Part shown: positions 47,707 through 56,791 of the stretch, one piece after another
Layout of the letters: every line of letters begins with the position of its first letter
Numbering within the stretch: position 1 is the stretch's first letter
Assembly (NCBI GenBank): GCA_022841985.1
Contig: JALHQL010000005.1
Location: 4,267 to 68,266 of the forward strand
DNA length: 64,000 nt
Direction: 5' to 3'
DNA from: Minisyncoccota bacterium
Lineage (GTDB): Bacteria; Patescibacteriota; Minisyncoccia; Phycocordibacterales; Phycocordibacteraceae
Program-made: the position numbers and the translations under genes
The notes under the pieces: generated by a model
Database searches by the model: none
Told to the model about the DNA's origin: nothing
The model's input: only the letters and a program-made list of their open reading frames with translations

Positions 47707-48722
47707 AGCTGACAGAACACGTCCCACTTGCATCGTTTACGACCTTTCATATTGGTGGAGAAGCACGCTTTTTTGCAAAAGTCTCCACTGAAAAAGATAT
47801 TGAAGACGCGATTGCTTATGCACACGAGCACACGCTCTCGATCTACCCTTTGGGCGGGGGCAGTAATCTGTTAGTGCCGGATCGTGGTGTCGCTGGAATC
47901 GTGTTAAAGATGTCGATGCGCAATATTGTGTATGAGGATGACGGTGACGAGACGCTACTGATTGCAGATGCAGGCGCTCTGTGGGAAGACGTGATTAACA
48001 TAGCCACCGCTCGCGGCCTCTTCGGCGTTGAGAATCTCGCGGGAATTCCGGGCACGATTGGAGGAGCTGCAGTACAGAATGTTGGCGCCTACGGTGCGGA
48101 ACTCAAAGATGTTTTTGTCTATGCCGACGTTATCAATAGCGCGACTGGATTGTCTCGGCGATTGACGCACACTGAAGCCGCGTTCGGATACCGCACCAGT
48201 TTTTTCAAAGAACATCGCGAATATATCATTACGCGAGTTGCCTTGCGCCTCAAAAAACATTCGATTCCAAATATTGCCTATCCCGATCTTCTTCGTGCGC
48301 AGGTTGCCGGAGCATTGCTTGCGACTCCCGAAGAGATAGCGCGCAGTATCCGCATCATCCGTGCTCAGAAGTTTCCACGCGGTGATACACAAGGAACGGC
48401 AGGTTCCTTTTTTAAGAACCCAGTTATTTCACGAGAACTCGCTGATACGCTTGCAGAGCGTTTTCCTGATATGCCGATGTTTCCCAATAAAAATGGGACG
48501 GTAAAGATATCGCTCGCGTGGCTCCTCGATCATGCGCTCTCGCTTAAAGGGTTTTCAATGGGTCGCGTACGCCTCTATGAAAGGCATGCTCTTGTTATTG
48601 TCGCACGCGAAGGAGCATGTGCTGCGGAGGTCGACGCTCTTTCACAAGAAGTTTCAGAACGCGTGTTTGCTCTGACCGGCATCAGGATCGAACGTGAAGT
48701 AGAAACATTTGGCGGGCAATAA
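47703..48722 (+). CDS. murB: UDP-N-acetylenolpyruvoylglucosamine reductase
   Basis: LASFTTFHIGGEARFF...YPLGGGSNLLV shows the FAD-binding MurB signature. ATGA overlap with the upstream gene. Confidence 0.85.
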   Translation: MKLTEHVPLASFTTFHIGGEARFFAKVSTEKDIEDAIAYAHEHTLSIYPLGGGSNLLVPDRGVAGIVLKMSMRNIVYEDDGDETLLIADAGALWEDVINIATARGLFGVENLAGIPGTIGGAAVQNVGAYGAELKDVFVYADVINSATGLSRRLTHTEAAFGYRTSFFKEHREYIITRVALRLKKHSIPNIAYPDLLRAQVAGALLATPEEIARSIRIIRAQKFPRGDTQGTAGSFFKNPVISRELADTLAERFPDMPMFPNKNGTVKISLAWLLDHALSLKGFSMGRVRLYERHALVIVAREGACAAEVDALSQEVSERVFALTGIRIEREVETFGGQ

Positions 48723-48723
48723 A

Positions 48724-48765
48724 TAACTTTCACAAAAAATCTACGGAGATTTTTTGTGAAAGTTA
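48724..48765. terminator. perfect 18-bp palindromic hairpin (bidirectional terminator-like)
   Basis: TAACTTTCACAAAAAATC - tacgga - GATTTTTTGTGAAAGTTA. The arms contain A6/T6 tracts. It begins 2 nt after the murB stop. Confidence 0.5.
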
Positions 48766-48898
48766 TCCACATTTCATTTTATTTTCTTACACAAAGTTTT
48801 TTAACGCGCGATACTACTAATAGAAACGTTTGCGCTTGAGAATTTTTTCGTGCGCGGACGGGTCGACTTATTAATCCGCATTCATAATTTGAATTCAT

Positions 48899-48967
48899 TA
48901 TGGCAGCAAAAAAGCGTAAGGCAGCAAAGAAGACGAAAAAGCGTAAGGCAGCAAAGAGACGTGGGTA
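48899..48967 (+). CDS. candidate 22-aa Lys/Arg/Ala-rich micro-ORF (MAAKKRKAAKKTKKRKAAKRRG)
   Basis: ATG..TAG ORF with an internal 22-nt direct repeat, lying between a promoter-like TCGACT-16nt-CATAAT and two hairpins. It is too short for the ORF track. Its coding status is uncertain. Confidence 0.25.
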
Positions 48968-49002
48968 GTCGTTCATCTGCCTGATTCCATTAGGCAGAAA
49001 AA

Positions 49003-49041
49003 GGAAAAGCGGCCGCTATTAGCGGCCGCTTTTCCTTTTTG
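49003..49041 (+). terminator. rho-independent terminator
   Basis: 14-bp perfect stem GGAAAAGCGGCCGC / GCGGCCGCTTTTCC (two NotI sites) with loop TATTA, followed by TTTTTGTCT. It sits 17 nt upstream of the secA ATG. Confidence 0.7.
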
Positions 49042-49057
49042 TCTGGCGGAGGACTAA

Positions 49058-51592
49058 ATGCTATACTGCAGCCTAATGTTTGGACTCGAGCGTTTTTTCT
49101 CAAAAAATCAATCCGCGGCCTTTTTAAAGGCTGCCGCGTCGATTGTTCTCGCCACAAATAAGCACTCCGAGGAGCTTATTGTCTTGCCTGATGCTGCGGT
49201 GCGCGAGCGGCTACTTGAGGTGCGCGCTCGCGCACAGGCGGCCGGAGCGACGCCGGAAGTGGACATTCCGCTTGTGTTCGCACTTGTGCGTGAAGCGTCG
49301 CGTCGTACGCTTCGGCAACCGCATTTCGATGTGCAACTTATCGGAGGTCTTGCTCTCCTTCAAGGAAAGATCGCTGAAATGCGCACTGGTGAAGGCAAAA
49401 CGCTTGTCGCTACACTCCCAGCAACCTTTCACGCTCTCGCGGGGAATGGTGTGCAGGTTGTCACGGTTAACGACTATCTTGCTCGTCGTGACGGTGCATG
49501 GATGGGGCAGGTCTACGACTATTTCGGACTGACGGTTGGTGTTGTGACTGGTGCTGGTTCCTATCGGTATGATTCTTCGCACATTGCTCCGAAAGAAGAT
49601 GTCGAACGCGATGTCGAAGGTTCATTCAAGGTGTTTTACGATTACCTACATCCTGTAAGCAAAAAAGAAGCATATGCCGCAGACATTACCTATGTAACCA
49701 ATAACGAATTTGGTTTTGATTATCTGCGTGATAATACCGCCTACGACGCATCGCAGATTGTACAACGGGAGCATTGCTATGCGATCATCGACGAGGTCGA
49801 CTCCATTCTCATTGACGAAGCTCGTACTCCCCTCATCATTTCCGGACCCGCGGGAGATTCACAGATGTTTTATGAACGCTTTGCCGGGATTGTTCGCAGT
49901 ATGAGCGAGGGTGAAGATTATACAGTGGACGAGAAGCAGAAGGCGATTCAGATTACCGAGGCGGGAATGCACAAAGCTGAAGCCGCGCTCGGTCTTGAGA
50001 ATCTCTATACCGAGGGCGGGATAAAACACGCACATCATCTCGAGACGGCGGTGCGAGCAAAGGCGCTCTTTCATAAAGATAAAGAATACGTGGTGCAAGG
50101 AGATGAGATTGTCATTGTGGATGAATTTACCGGAAGGATGCAGCCCGGACGCCGCTGGTCGGAGGGTTTGCATCAGGCCATTGAAGCAAAGGAGGGTGTG
50201 AGAATTCACGAAGAGACGCGCACTTATGCAACAGTGACATTTCAAAATCTATTCCGCATGTACAAGCGCCTCGCTGGCATGACAGGTACCGCCCTTTCCT
50301 CCGAGGAAGAATTTTATACCGTCTACGGACTTGAAGTCGTCGTGGTGCCGACCAACAAACCAGTGAAGCGTAAAGATCATGACGATGCTATTTTCCAGAC
50401 TGTTGCGGGAAAGTATCGCGCTGTCGCGCGCGCTGTCGCGGAGCGGCATAAGCGCGGACAGCCAGTGCTCGTGGGAACGGTCTCTATCGAGGACAATGAG
50501 ATGGTGAGCTCGTATCTCACCAGTGCCGGAGTGCCGCACGAGATGTTGAACGCAAAGAATCACGAACGCGAAGGGGAGATTATCGCCGAAGCAGGCAAGG
50601 AGGGGCGTGTGACGGTGGCGACTAACCTCGCCGGTCGCGGCGTCGACATAAAGCTTGGCGGTGCACTCGCGTCAAGCGACGCACGTGCTGCCATCATCGA
50701 GAAAGGAGGTCTTGCAGTTATCGGCACTGAGCGACATGACGCCCGCCGCATCGACAATCAGTTGCGCGGTCGCGCCGGCCGCCAGGGCGATCCGGGAGAG
50801 ACGCGCTTCTATGTTTCTTTAGAGGATAAGCTCATGCGCGTGTTCGCCTCTGAAACTTTGAAGAAGGTGATGGGTACGTTCGGTATTCCTGAAGATGAAC
50901 CCATTGAAAGCTCGATGATTACTCGCTCACTTGAAACGGCGCAGGAGCGTATTGAGGGATTCAACTTTGATTCGCGCAAGCAGGTACTGGCATATGACGA
51001 CGTGATGAATACCCAGCGTTTGGCTATCTATGCGCGCCGTCGTGCGGCGCTCCAAGGAAGCGATAGTGAGATGGAGAAACTTATCCGAGCATTTCTCGGA
51101 GAGGGCGAAGCGACGACAGCAGTCTTTGATGCGAAGAAGACTGAGCTTGGCGAAGCTTTTATTCCGCATCTGCGCCGCCTCCTTTTGCAGGTTATCGATA
51201 TGTTTTGGTTTGAACATCTTGAAACTATGGATTATTTGCGTCGCTCGGTGTCGCTTCGGGCATATGGACAGAGGGATCCTTTGATTGAGTATCGACGCGA
51301 AGGGCTCATGCGCTTTCGAGAACTTGAAGAAAATATAAGAGTTGCGGTTGTTGAAGCGTTGCCGCGCCTTGCGAGAGCGGAAGATTTTCGGATCAGAGCA
51401 GAAGAGGAAAAAATTCGTGCCGTAGCCCTCGCAGCGGGCAAAGAAGAAGGAAGTGCGTCAATGCCAGTCAAGAAAGTGACTCAGCATAATCGCAATGACT
51501 TCGTTACCATTAAGAAAGGTAGTGCAACGCAGACACTTAAATTTAAAAAAGCGGAGCCACTTTTGGCAGAAGGCTGGGAGCTTGTTCCGTAG
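49058..51592 (+). CDS. secA: preprotein translocase ATPase
   Basis: DVQLIGGLALLQGKIAEMRTGEGKTLVATLPATFHALAGNGVQVVTVNDYLARRD is the canonical SecA DEAD-motor N-terminus. The protein is 844 aa. Confidence 0.9.
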   Translation: MLYCSLMFGLERFFSKNQSAAFLKAAASIVLATNKHSEELIVLPDAAVRERLLEVRARAQAAGATPEVDIPLVFALVREASRRTLRQPHFDVQLIGGLALLQGKIAEMRTGEGKTLVATLPATFHALAGNGVQVVTVNDYLARRDGAWMGQVYDYFGLTVGVVTGAGSYRYDSSHIAPKEDVERDVEGSFKVFYDYLHPVSKKEAYAADITYVTNNEFGFDYLRDNTAYDASQIVQREHCYAIIDEVDSILIDEARTPLIISGPAGDSQMFYERFAGIVRSMSEGEDYTVDEKQKAIQITEAGMHKAEAALGLENLYTEGGIKHAHHLETAVRAKALFHKDKEYVVQGDEIVIVDEFTGRMQPGRRWSEGLHQAIEAKEGVRIHEETRTYATVTFQNLFRMYKRLAGMTGTALSSEEEFYTVYGLEVVVVPTNKPVKRKDHDDAIFQTVAGKYRAVARAVAERHKRGQPVLVGTVSIEDNEMVSSYLTSAGVPHEMLNAKNHEREGEIIAEAGKEGRVTVATNLAGRGVDIKLGGALASSDARAAIIEKGGLAVIGTERHDARRIDNQLRGRAGRQGDPGETRFYVSLEDKLMRVFASETLKKVMGTFGIPEDEPIESSMITRSLETAQERIEGFNFDSRKQVLAYDDVMNTQRLAIYARRRAALQGSDSEMEKLIRAFLGEGEATTAVFDAKKTELGEAFIPHLRRLLLQVIDMFWFEHLETMDYLRRSVSLRAYGQRDPLIEYRREGLMRFRELEENIRVAVVEALPRLARAEDFRIRAEEEKIRAVALAAGKEEGSASMPVKKVTQHNRNDFVTIKKGSATQTLKFKKAEPLLAEGWELVP

Positions 51593-51654
51593 TTTTGTTG
51601 AGCGGATTTCTTGCACATTGGCTCCGAGTGTTTTCTAGTGTATTGTGCGATTAT

Positions 51655-52632
51655 ATGGCATTTGTTGATGAAGCGAGAATACACGTGAAGGCTGGGAAGG
51701 GTGGCGATGGCGTCATTCGTTGGCTGCGCACCAAAGAGTCTGCGCGCGGCGGTCCTTCTGGGGGCGATGGTGGCCGTGGTGGCGATGTCATTCTTGTCGG
51801 CGTACGCGATTTGGCTGCCCTTGCACACTATCGTTACGAGAAGAAATTTTATGCAGAGGATGGCGAGGCAGGGAAGGGAGAATTGAAACAGGGTAAAGAT
51901 GGTGCAGATGTGCTGGTGAAAGTCCCGGTCGGGACAACGGTGCGCGTTGTAGACACGGGTGAAGAGCACGATATTACGAAGGAGGATGAGCAGATTGTTT
52001 TGTTTCGTGGTGGCAAGGGAGGTCTCGGGAATGCTCGTTTTAGAGGCCCCTCTAATCAGAATCCTTTCCAACAGACAGCTGGCAAGGAGGGGAAGGGCGC
52101 GGAAATTGAACTTACTCTCAAGATCATTGCAGATGCAGGGCTCATCGGATTGCCAAATGCAGGGAAGTCGTCGCTCTTGAATGCTCTTACGAGAGCAAAG
52201 TCAAAGGTGGGTGATTATCCGTTCACTACACTCGAACCAAGTCTCGGCGAGCTCTACGGCTATATACTTGCCGACATACCCGGCCTTATTGAAGGAGCCT
52301 CGTCTGGCCGAGGCCTCGGTATTAAATTTCTGAAGCATGTTGAGAGAACAGGAATTCTTGTGCATCTCATCTCGGCAGATCAGGAGGATCCTCTTGCGGC
52401 ATACCGAGAAGTGCATAAAGAGATAGTCTCATTCGGGCATGAGTTAGATGCAAAGCGCGAAATAATCGTCCTCTCAAAAACAGATCTCGTTTTGCAAGAG
52501 GAGTGTGAAATAAAGATGCGGCTGCTTGCTAAGGAGACTGGTAAGGAAGTCCTCGCAGTCACGATTGAAGATGCAGACGCTCTCAAGAAATTTTCAGACC
52601 AGCTTATCAAAATTTTTTCTGGCGGCAAATAG
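51655..52632 (+). CDS. obg: GTPase Obg/CgtA
   Basis: MAFVDEARIHVKAGKGGDGVIRWLRTKESARGGPSGGDGGRGGDVIL is the Obg fold. G1 is GLPNAGKSSLL and G3 is DIPG. Confidence 0.9.
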   Translation: MAFVDEARIHVKAGKGGDGVIRWLRTKESARGGPSGGDGGRGGDVILVGVRDLAALAHYRYEKKFYAEDGEAGKGELKQGKDGADVLVKVPVGTTVRVVDTGEEHDITKEDEQIVLFRGGKGGLGNARFRGPSNQNPFQQTAGKEGKGAEIELTLKIIADAGLIGLPNAGKSSLLNALTRAKSKVGDYPFTTLEPSLGELYGYILADIPGLIEGASSGRGLGIKFLKHVERTGILVHLISADQEDPLAAYREVHKEIVSFGHELDAKREIIVLSKTDLVLQEECEIKMRLLAKETGKEVLAVTIEDADALKKFSDQLIKIFSGGK

Positions 52633-52685
52633 CTGTTCGGGCTAGCTTCCCTCGTTTCGCTATCTGCTATAGACTGTTTATATTC

Positions 52686-54089
52686 ATGACCTACCGCCCC
52701 ACTATCGGATTGGAAGTGCACGCCGAACTTACAACTAGAACCAAGATGTTCTGTGGCTCTGCAAATGATCCAGACGAATCGCGGCCGAATGTGAATGTAT
52801 GCCCGGTGTGTATGGCACATCCGGGTACATTACCGGTCATCAATCAGGAGGCGGTGCGGCACATTCTACGTATCGGGACGGCTATTAAAGGCCGGCAAGC
52901 CGACTTCAGTGAATTTGATCGCAAGAGTTATTTCTACCCGGATATTCCAAAGGGCTATCAGATCAGTCAGTATGAACACCCTCTTATCACTGGCGGTAGT
53001 CTCTCGGGCGTTGCGATTACTCGAGTGCATCTTGAAGAGGATACCGCACGCTCAATTCATATCGCAGGAAAGAGTCTCGTTGATTTTAATCGCGCAGGCA
53101 TCCCGCTTATGGAACTGGTTACTGAACCGGTGATTCATGACGCTCTGACGGCAGGGCGTTTTGCGCGGGAGCTGCAACTTCTGTTGCGCACTCTCGGTGC
53201 AAGCGAAGCGAATCTTGAAAAAGGCGAGATGCGCATCGAAGCAAATATTTCTGTGTCATCTGGCGAAACCAAATTCGGCACGAAGGTGGAAGTGAAAAAT
53301 ATCAATTCATTTCGTTCGGTTGAGCGAGCTATCGCTTTTGAGATTGAGCGCCAAATCTCGCTCATCGACAGCGGTGGGAAGGTGGTGCAAGAGACTCGAG
53401 GATGGGACGAAACGAAGCAAGTAACCTTCCATCAGCGTTTTAAGGAGGGAAGCGCTGATTACCGTTACTTTCCAGAACCGGATCTTCCTAAACTTGTCCT
53501 CTCGGAAATTCCGGAGTTCTCTCTGGAGAGTCTCAGAGCATCATTGCCAGAACTTCCCTGGGATAAACGAGAACGGTTGCGCAAAGAATATGGATTGAAA
53601 GAAGATGTCGTGGAGTTTTTTATGCAGGACATCAGGCTCGGAAAATTTTTCGAGGAAGTCATATCCGGAAGAACTCCTGATTTTGCACGACTCGCTGCAA
53701 ATTACATTACGACCGACTTGACGGCGCTTCTAAAGGAGAAAGCGCAGAATGTCTTTCTCGAAGCAGATACTTTCATAAAGCTTATGGACATGTCTGTTTC
53801 AAATAAACTCTCTTCTCGTGGGGTCAAGGATACATTGCTTGTCATGGTTGAAAAGGGAGGCGACCCTGAGATAATCGCAAAGGAACACAACCTTCTTCAG
53901 ATGCATGATACTGAAACTCTCCGAGCGGCTGTCCTAGTCGTACTAGAGGAAGAGAAGAAGGCAGTTGAAGAGTATCGCGCGGGAAAGGAAGCAGCCATGC
54001 AATATTTAATCGGTAAAAGTATGAAGGCAACGAAAGGTGCGGGCAACCCAGCGATACTTAAGGATTTGATCAGTAAAGAGCTTCTCTAG
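52686..54089 (+). CDS. gatB: Asp/Glu-tRNA amidotransferase subunit B
   Basis: PTIGLEVHAELTTRTKMFCGS...CPVCMAHPGTLPV is the GatB signature. Confidence 0.9.
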   Translation: MTYRPTIGLEVHAELTTRTKMFCGSANDPDESRPNVNVCPVCMAHPGTLPVINQEAVRHILRIGTAIKGRQADFSEFDRKSYFYPDIPKGYQISQYEHPLITGGSLSGVAITRVHLEEDTARSIHIAGKSLVDFNRAGIPLMELVTEPVIHDALTAGRFARELQLLLRTLGASEANLEKGEMRIEANISVSSGETKFGTKVEVKNINSFRSVERAIAFEIERQISLIDSGGKVVQETRGWDETKQVTFHQRFKEGSADYRYFPEPDLPKLVLSEIPEFSLESLRASLPELPWDKRERLRKEYGLKEDVVEFFMQDIRLGKFFEEVISGRTPDFARLAANYITTDLTALLKEKAQNVFLEADTFIKLMDMSVSNKLSSRGVKDTLLVMVEKGGDPEIIAKEHNLLQMHDTETLRAAVLVVLEEEKKAVEEYRAGKEAAMQYLIGKSMKATKGAGNPAILKDLISKELL

Positions 54090-54156
54090 TTAAACTAATG
54101 GCGTGGGAGTGTGCACAGAACTTCCCTATGGGCCAAGATACGGTTATACTGCGGGT

Positions 54157-54954
54157 ATGGACGAGATTCTTATAGAAGAAAAGAAGTATATATCGTCAAA
54201 ACGAGCCGCGAAAATGACGGGCTACGCAAAAGATTATATTGGCCAGCTCTGCCGAGAGGGTCGAGTCCCAGCACGGCTCGTTGGGCGTAGTTGGTACGTT
54301 CTTGAAACAGCGATTCAAGACCACCGCTTCGGCGACAATCAAGCCAAGCAAGATATACAAACTAGTACTCAGGCATCTGAAGCAAAAGCGTCTACAAAAG
54401 AGTCTCCATACTACGAAGCATCCTCAGTAAACATACTTCCGTCTGTAAACCGTCTTCGGAATACAGAACACTTGACGTCTGAAAATTTGCAAGAAGAAGG
54501 TCCGAAAGAGTCACATCCCTTACAGGACTCTTGGCGAGCGTGGTTTGATCATGTGAAGACTGCTGAACAAGACACTATCGTCACGTCTGAAAATTCAGAT
54601 AACGACAAAGAAGAAAAAAAAGAAAACGAAAATAAGGTAGAAGCAGAGAGGGAAGATAGCAGTGTAGACGTCCCTATCCACGTCGTATACGAACCGCTTC
54701 CAAAAGATCTTTTACCAATCAGTACTAAAGATTTTTCAGACGTGCAGGATGTGGGGCAGACCAATCAAGTGAGCTTGCCTCGCAAAATAACAGGGGCAAG
54801 GTTACTAATGAGAACTACCGGCAACATAGTTGGAATGCTGCTTGCGATCGTTCTAGTAGTTCTAGCAGCAATTGGGACAGGATATTTCGATACATACTTC
54901 ATATCGACTAAGCAAGCAAATATAATTAGTGGTATAACAGTCTACAATAAATAG
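54157..54954 (+). CDS. membrane-tethered HTH_17 (excisionase/MerR-type) domain protein, paralog 1
   Basis: N-terminal ISSKRAAKMTGYAKDYIGQLCREGRVPARLVGRSWYV. An acidic low-complexity linker follows. A single C-terminal TM helix is IVGMLLAIVLVVLAAIGTGYF. Confidence 0.5.
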   Translation: MDEILIEEKKYISSKRAAKMTGYAKDYIGQLCREGRVPARLVGRSWYVLETAIQDHRFGDNQAKQDIQTSTQASEAKASTKESPYYEASSVNILPSVNRLRNTEHLTSENLQEEGPKESHPLQDSWRAWFDHVKTAEQDTIVTSENSDNDKEEKKENENKVEAEREDSSVDVPIHVVYEPLPKDLLPISTKDFSDVQDVGQTNQVSLPRKITGARLLMRTTGNIVGMLLAIVLVVLAAIGTGYFDTYFISTKQANIISGITVYNK

Positions 54955-55208
54955 TTTATTTACAGTGTTTCTCGTCTTGTTTGCGCAATGTAATATAATA
55001 TTGCTTTGGTATGACCTCAGGCACTCTCTTTCTGAAAATATTTTTATAACACTGTGTACGTGAAAAGTTTACGAAACCCATGATACTCAGATAATTTGAT
55101 GTAGAAAACTTGTTGTTGCGGATAGATATCATGATTATTTTATCCACATAAGAGTGAGTGTTTGTTTCAGAAATATCCTGTAAAATAATGGGTAATTGGA
55201 TATTTTGT

Positions 55209-55904
55209 ATGAATGACACTACGATGCTCCACGAGGGTCTTATCACTACTAAGGAGGCATCCAAACTTTTTAAATACACATCGAGTTATCTTGCGCATCT
55301 TGTTCGTAATAAGAAAATAAATGCTCACAAATTAGGCCGAAGCTGGCTCATTGAAAAGGATTCCCTGGCGCATTTTATAGCGCAACAGGGAAAACAAGAT
55401 GCCAAAAATACGCAAATTTATGCACATCCGCTTCCACAAGAACACCAAATACATCGTGTAGAGATTATGCCGGTGACACCACCTTCTTCTCTGCAGCCCA
55501 ATACCATACAGCATCACGGTATTTCTCATGCTCAACAGCAAATCCCTCTAAAATGGGTTAGTAAAACGGTGCCGCTGGTTATCCTCGTTATTTTTACTGC
55601 ACTCGTACTTCAATTTGGACCAATGCTAGCTCAATCACCGATGCTTGCATCATGGACAGGTGTGTTTCAGATGCTCCCTGGAAGTATTAGTCGGATACCT
55701 CTTACGATTGGTGAATTTGTGATAACGACTACCCATACTGTTATTGCCGCTGATGCGGTTCTTTCGTACGCTATCGCTGCCGCCGCGCCGGCAATCTCAC
55801 AAGCAACAGTAAAGATTTTGATAAGTATTGGCGATAAACTCTCTAACGCTACTGGCCATATCCCGGCACAGCTGGCAAGCGTATTTGCACATGACGCCCA
55901 ATAA
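55209..55904 (+). CDS. membrane-tethered HTH_17 domain protein, paralog 2
   Basis: ITTKEASKLFKYTSSYLAHLVRNKKINAHKLGRSWLI. The TM helix TVPLVILVIFTALVLQF is followed by a C-terminal domain of about 110 aa. ORF track start is 55158. Confidence 0.5.
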   Translation: MNDTTMLHEGLITTKEASKLFKYTSSYLAHLVRNKKINAHKLGRSWLIEKDSLAHFIAQQGKQDAKNTQIYAHPLPQEHQIHRVEIMPVTPPSSLQPNTIQHHGISHAQQQIPLKWVSKTVPLVILVIFTALVLQFGPMLAQSPMLASWTGVFQMLPGSISRIPLTIGEFVITTTHTVIAADAVLSYAIAAAAPAISQATVKILISIGDKLSNATGHIPAQLASVFAHDAQ

Positions 55905-55906
55905 AT

Positions 55907-56770
55907 ATGTCCACCATCCCGCATTATTCTCGTCGGACTCCCGTGATTGTTACGACAGGGCTCATAGTGTCTCTGGCGAGTCTTTTTATATTTGCCATTC
56001 CCTCCGCGGTGTATGCGCAGTTTGGTGATACTACGGTTGCAAAAACTTATCTTATTTCTGGAGACACAGCGGAGTTTGGGGATCTAGTATCATTTGATCG
56101 AGCCACGCAGACTTTTCATCTCGCGCAAGAAATCGATGATCCAAATCTCTTTGGAGTTGTGGTAACGAGTCCGGCAATCGTGCTCCGCACCAGTACGGAA
56201 GGCGTTCCAATCGTCAATTCCGGTGAAGTATATGTGCAGGTGACAACGGTGAATGGCCCGATCAGTGCTGGAGACTACATTACTTCGTCGCCTATTCCCG
56301 GCAAGGGCCAGAAAGCCGATCCCTCCGCATCTTTTGTCGTCGGTACCGCGCTCGATTCTTTCCCCGCGGTACCGATCAGTACATCATCTGTAGTGAGCAC
56401 ATCGACCGTGGATGGAGCTTCCATCCGTGTGTTGCTCGCTATTGGCCCAAAATCAGCAGATACTGAAGGATCATCTGGCACTGGCGACGCGACGGGTGAC
56501 CCGACGTCAAACGTCAATATTTTAGGCGTGTCCACGCCATTCGCTACCGTAATCAAGTATGTGCTCGCGACTCTTGTTGTCGTCGGTTCTATTTATGTCT
56601 CATTTCGGAATTTCGGTTCGAATATGAAAGACAGTATTATTTCGGTAGGGCGCAATCCACTTGCCAAGTCCTCGATCCAGTCCATGGTAGTGTTGAATAC
56701 AGTATTAATTGTATTCGTTAGCATAGTGGGTCTGTTTATCGGACTCTTGATTCTTTTTGTGCAGCTGTAA
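55907..56770 (+). CDS. membrane protein: N-terminal signal/TM, extracytoplasmic domain, C-terminal two-helix hairpin weakly resembling an ATP synthase c subunit
   Basis: The C-terminal VGRNPLAKSS loop between two hydrophobic helices resembles the c-subunit ARQPE loop. No conserved Glu/Asp is present in helix 2. It sits where atpE would be, upstream of atpF. Confidence 0.35.
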   Translation: MSTIPHYSRRTPVIVTTGLIVSLASLFIFAIPSAVYAQFGDTTVAKTYLISGDTAEFGDLVSFDRATQTFHLAQEIDDPNLFGVVVTSPAIVLRTSTEGVPIVNSGEVYVQVTTVNGPISAGDYITSSPIPGKGQKADPSASFVVGTALDSFPAVPISTSSVVSTSTVDGASIRVLLAIGPKSADTEGSSGTGDATGDPTSNVNILGVSTPFATVIKYVLATLVVVGSIYVSFRNFGSNMKDSIISVGRNPLAKSSIQSMVVLNTVLIVFVSIVGLFIGLLILFVQL

Positions 56771-56791
56771 CGACGTATAAAATAAAATGAT

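Noticed and set aside
48779-48976. 65-aa minus-strand ORF in the murB-secA spacer
   Set aside because: It is the antisense of the Lys/Arg micro-ORF and hairpin region. Its product is hydrophobic repeat nonsense (FFAALRFF twice) generated by the 22-nt direct repeat. There is no start context.
51481-52071. 196-aa minus-strand ORF overlapping obg
   Set aside because: It is antisense to a canonical Obg GTPase, so it is spurious.
55907-56770. Calling this ORF a bona fide ATP synthase c subunit (atpE)
   Set aside because: Only the C-terminal 70 aa or so form a c-like helical hairpin. The essential helix-2 carboxylate is absent. A 200-aa extracytoplasmic domain precedes it. It is reported as c-like at low confidence only.
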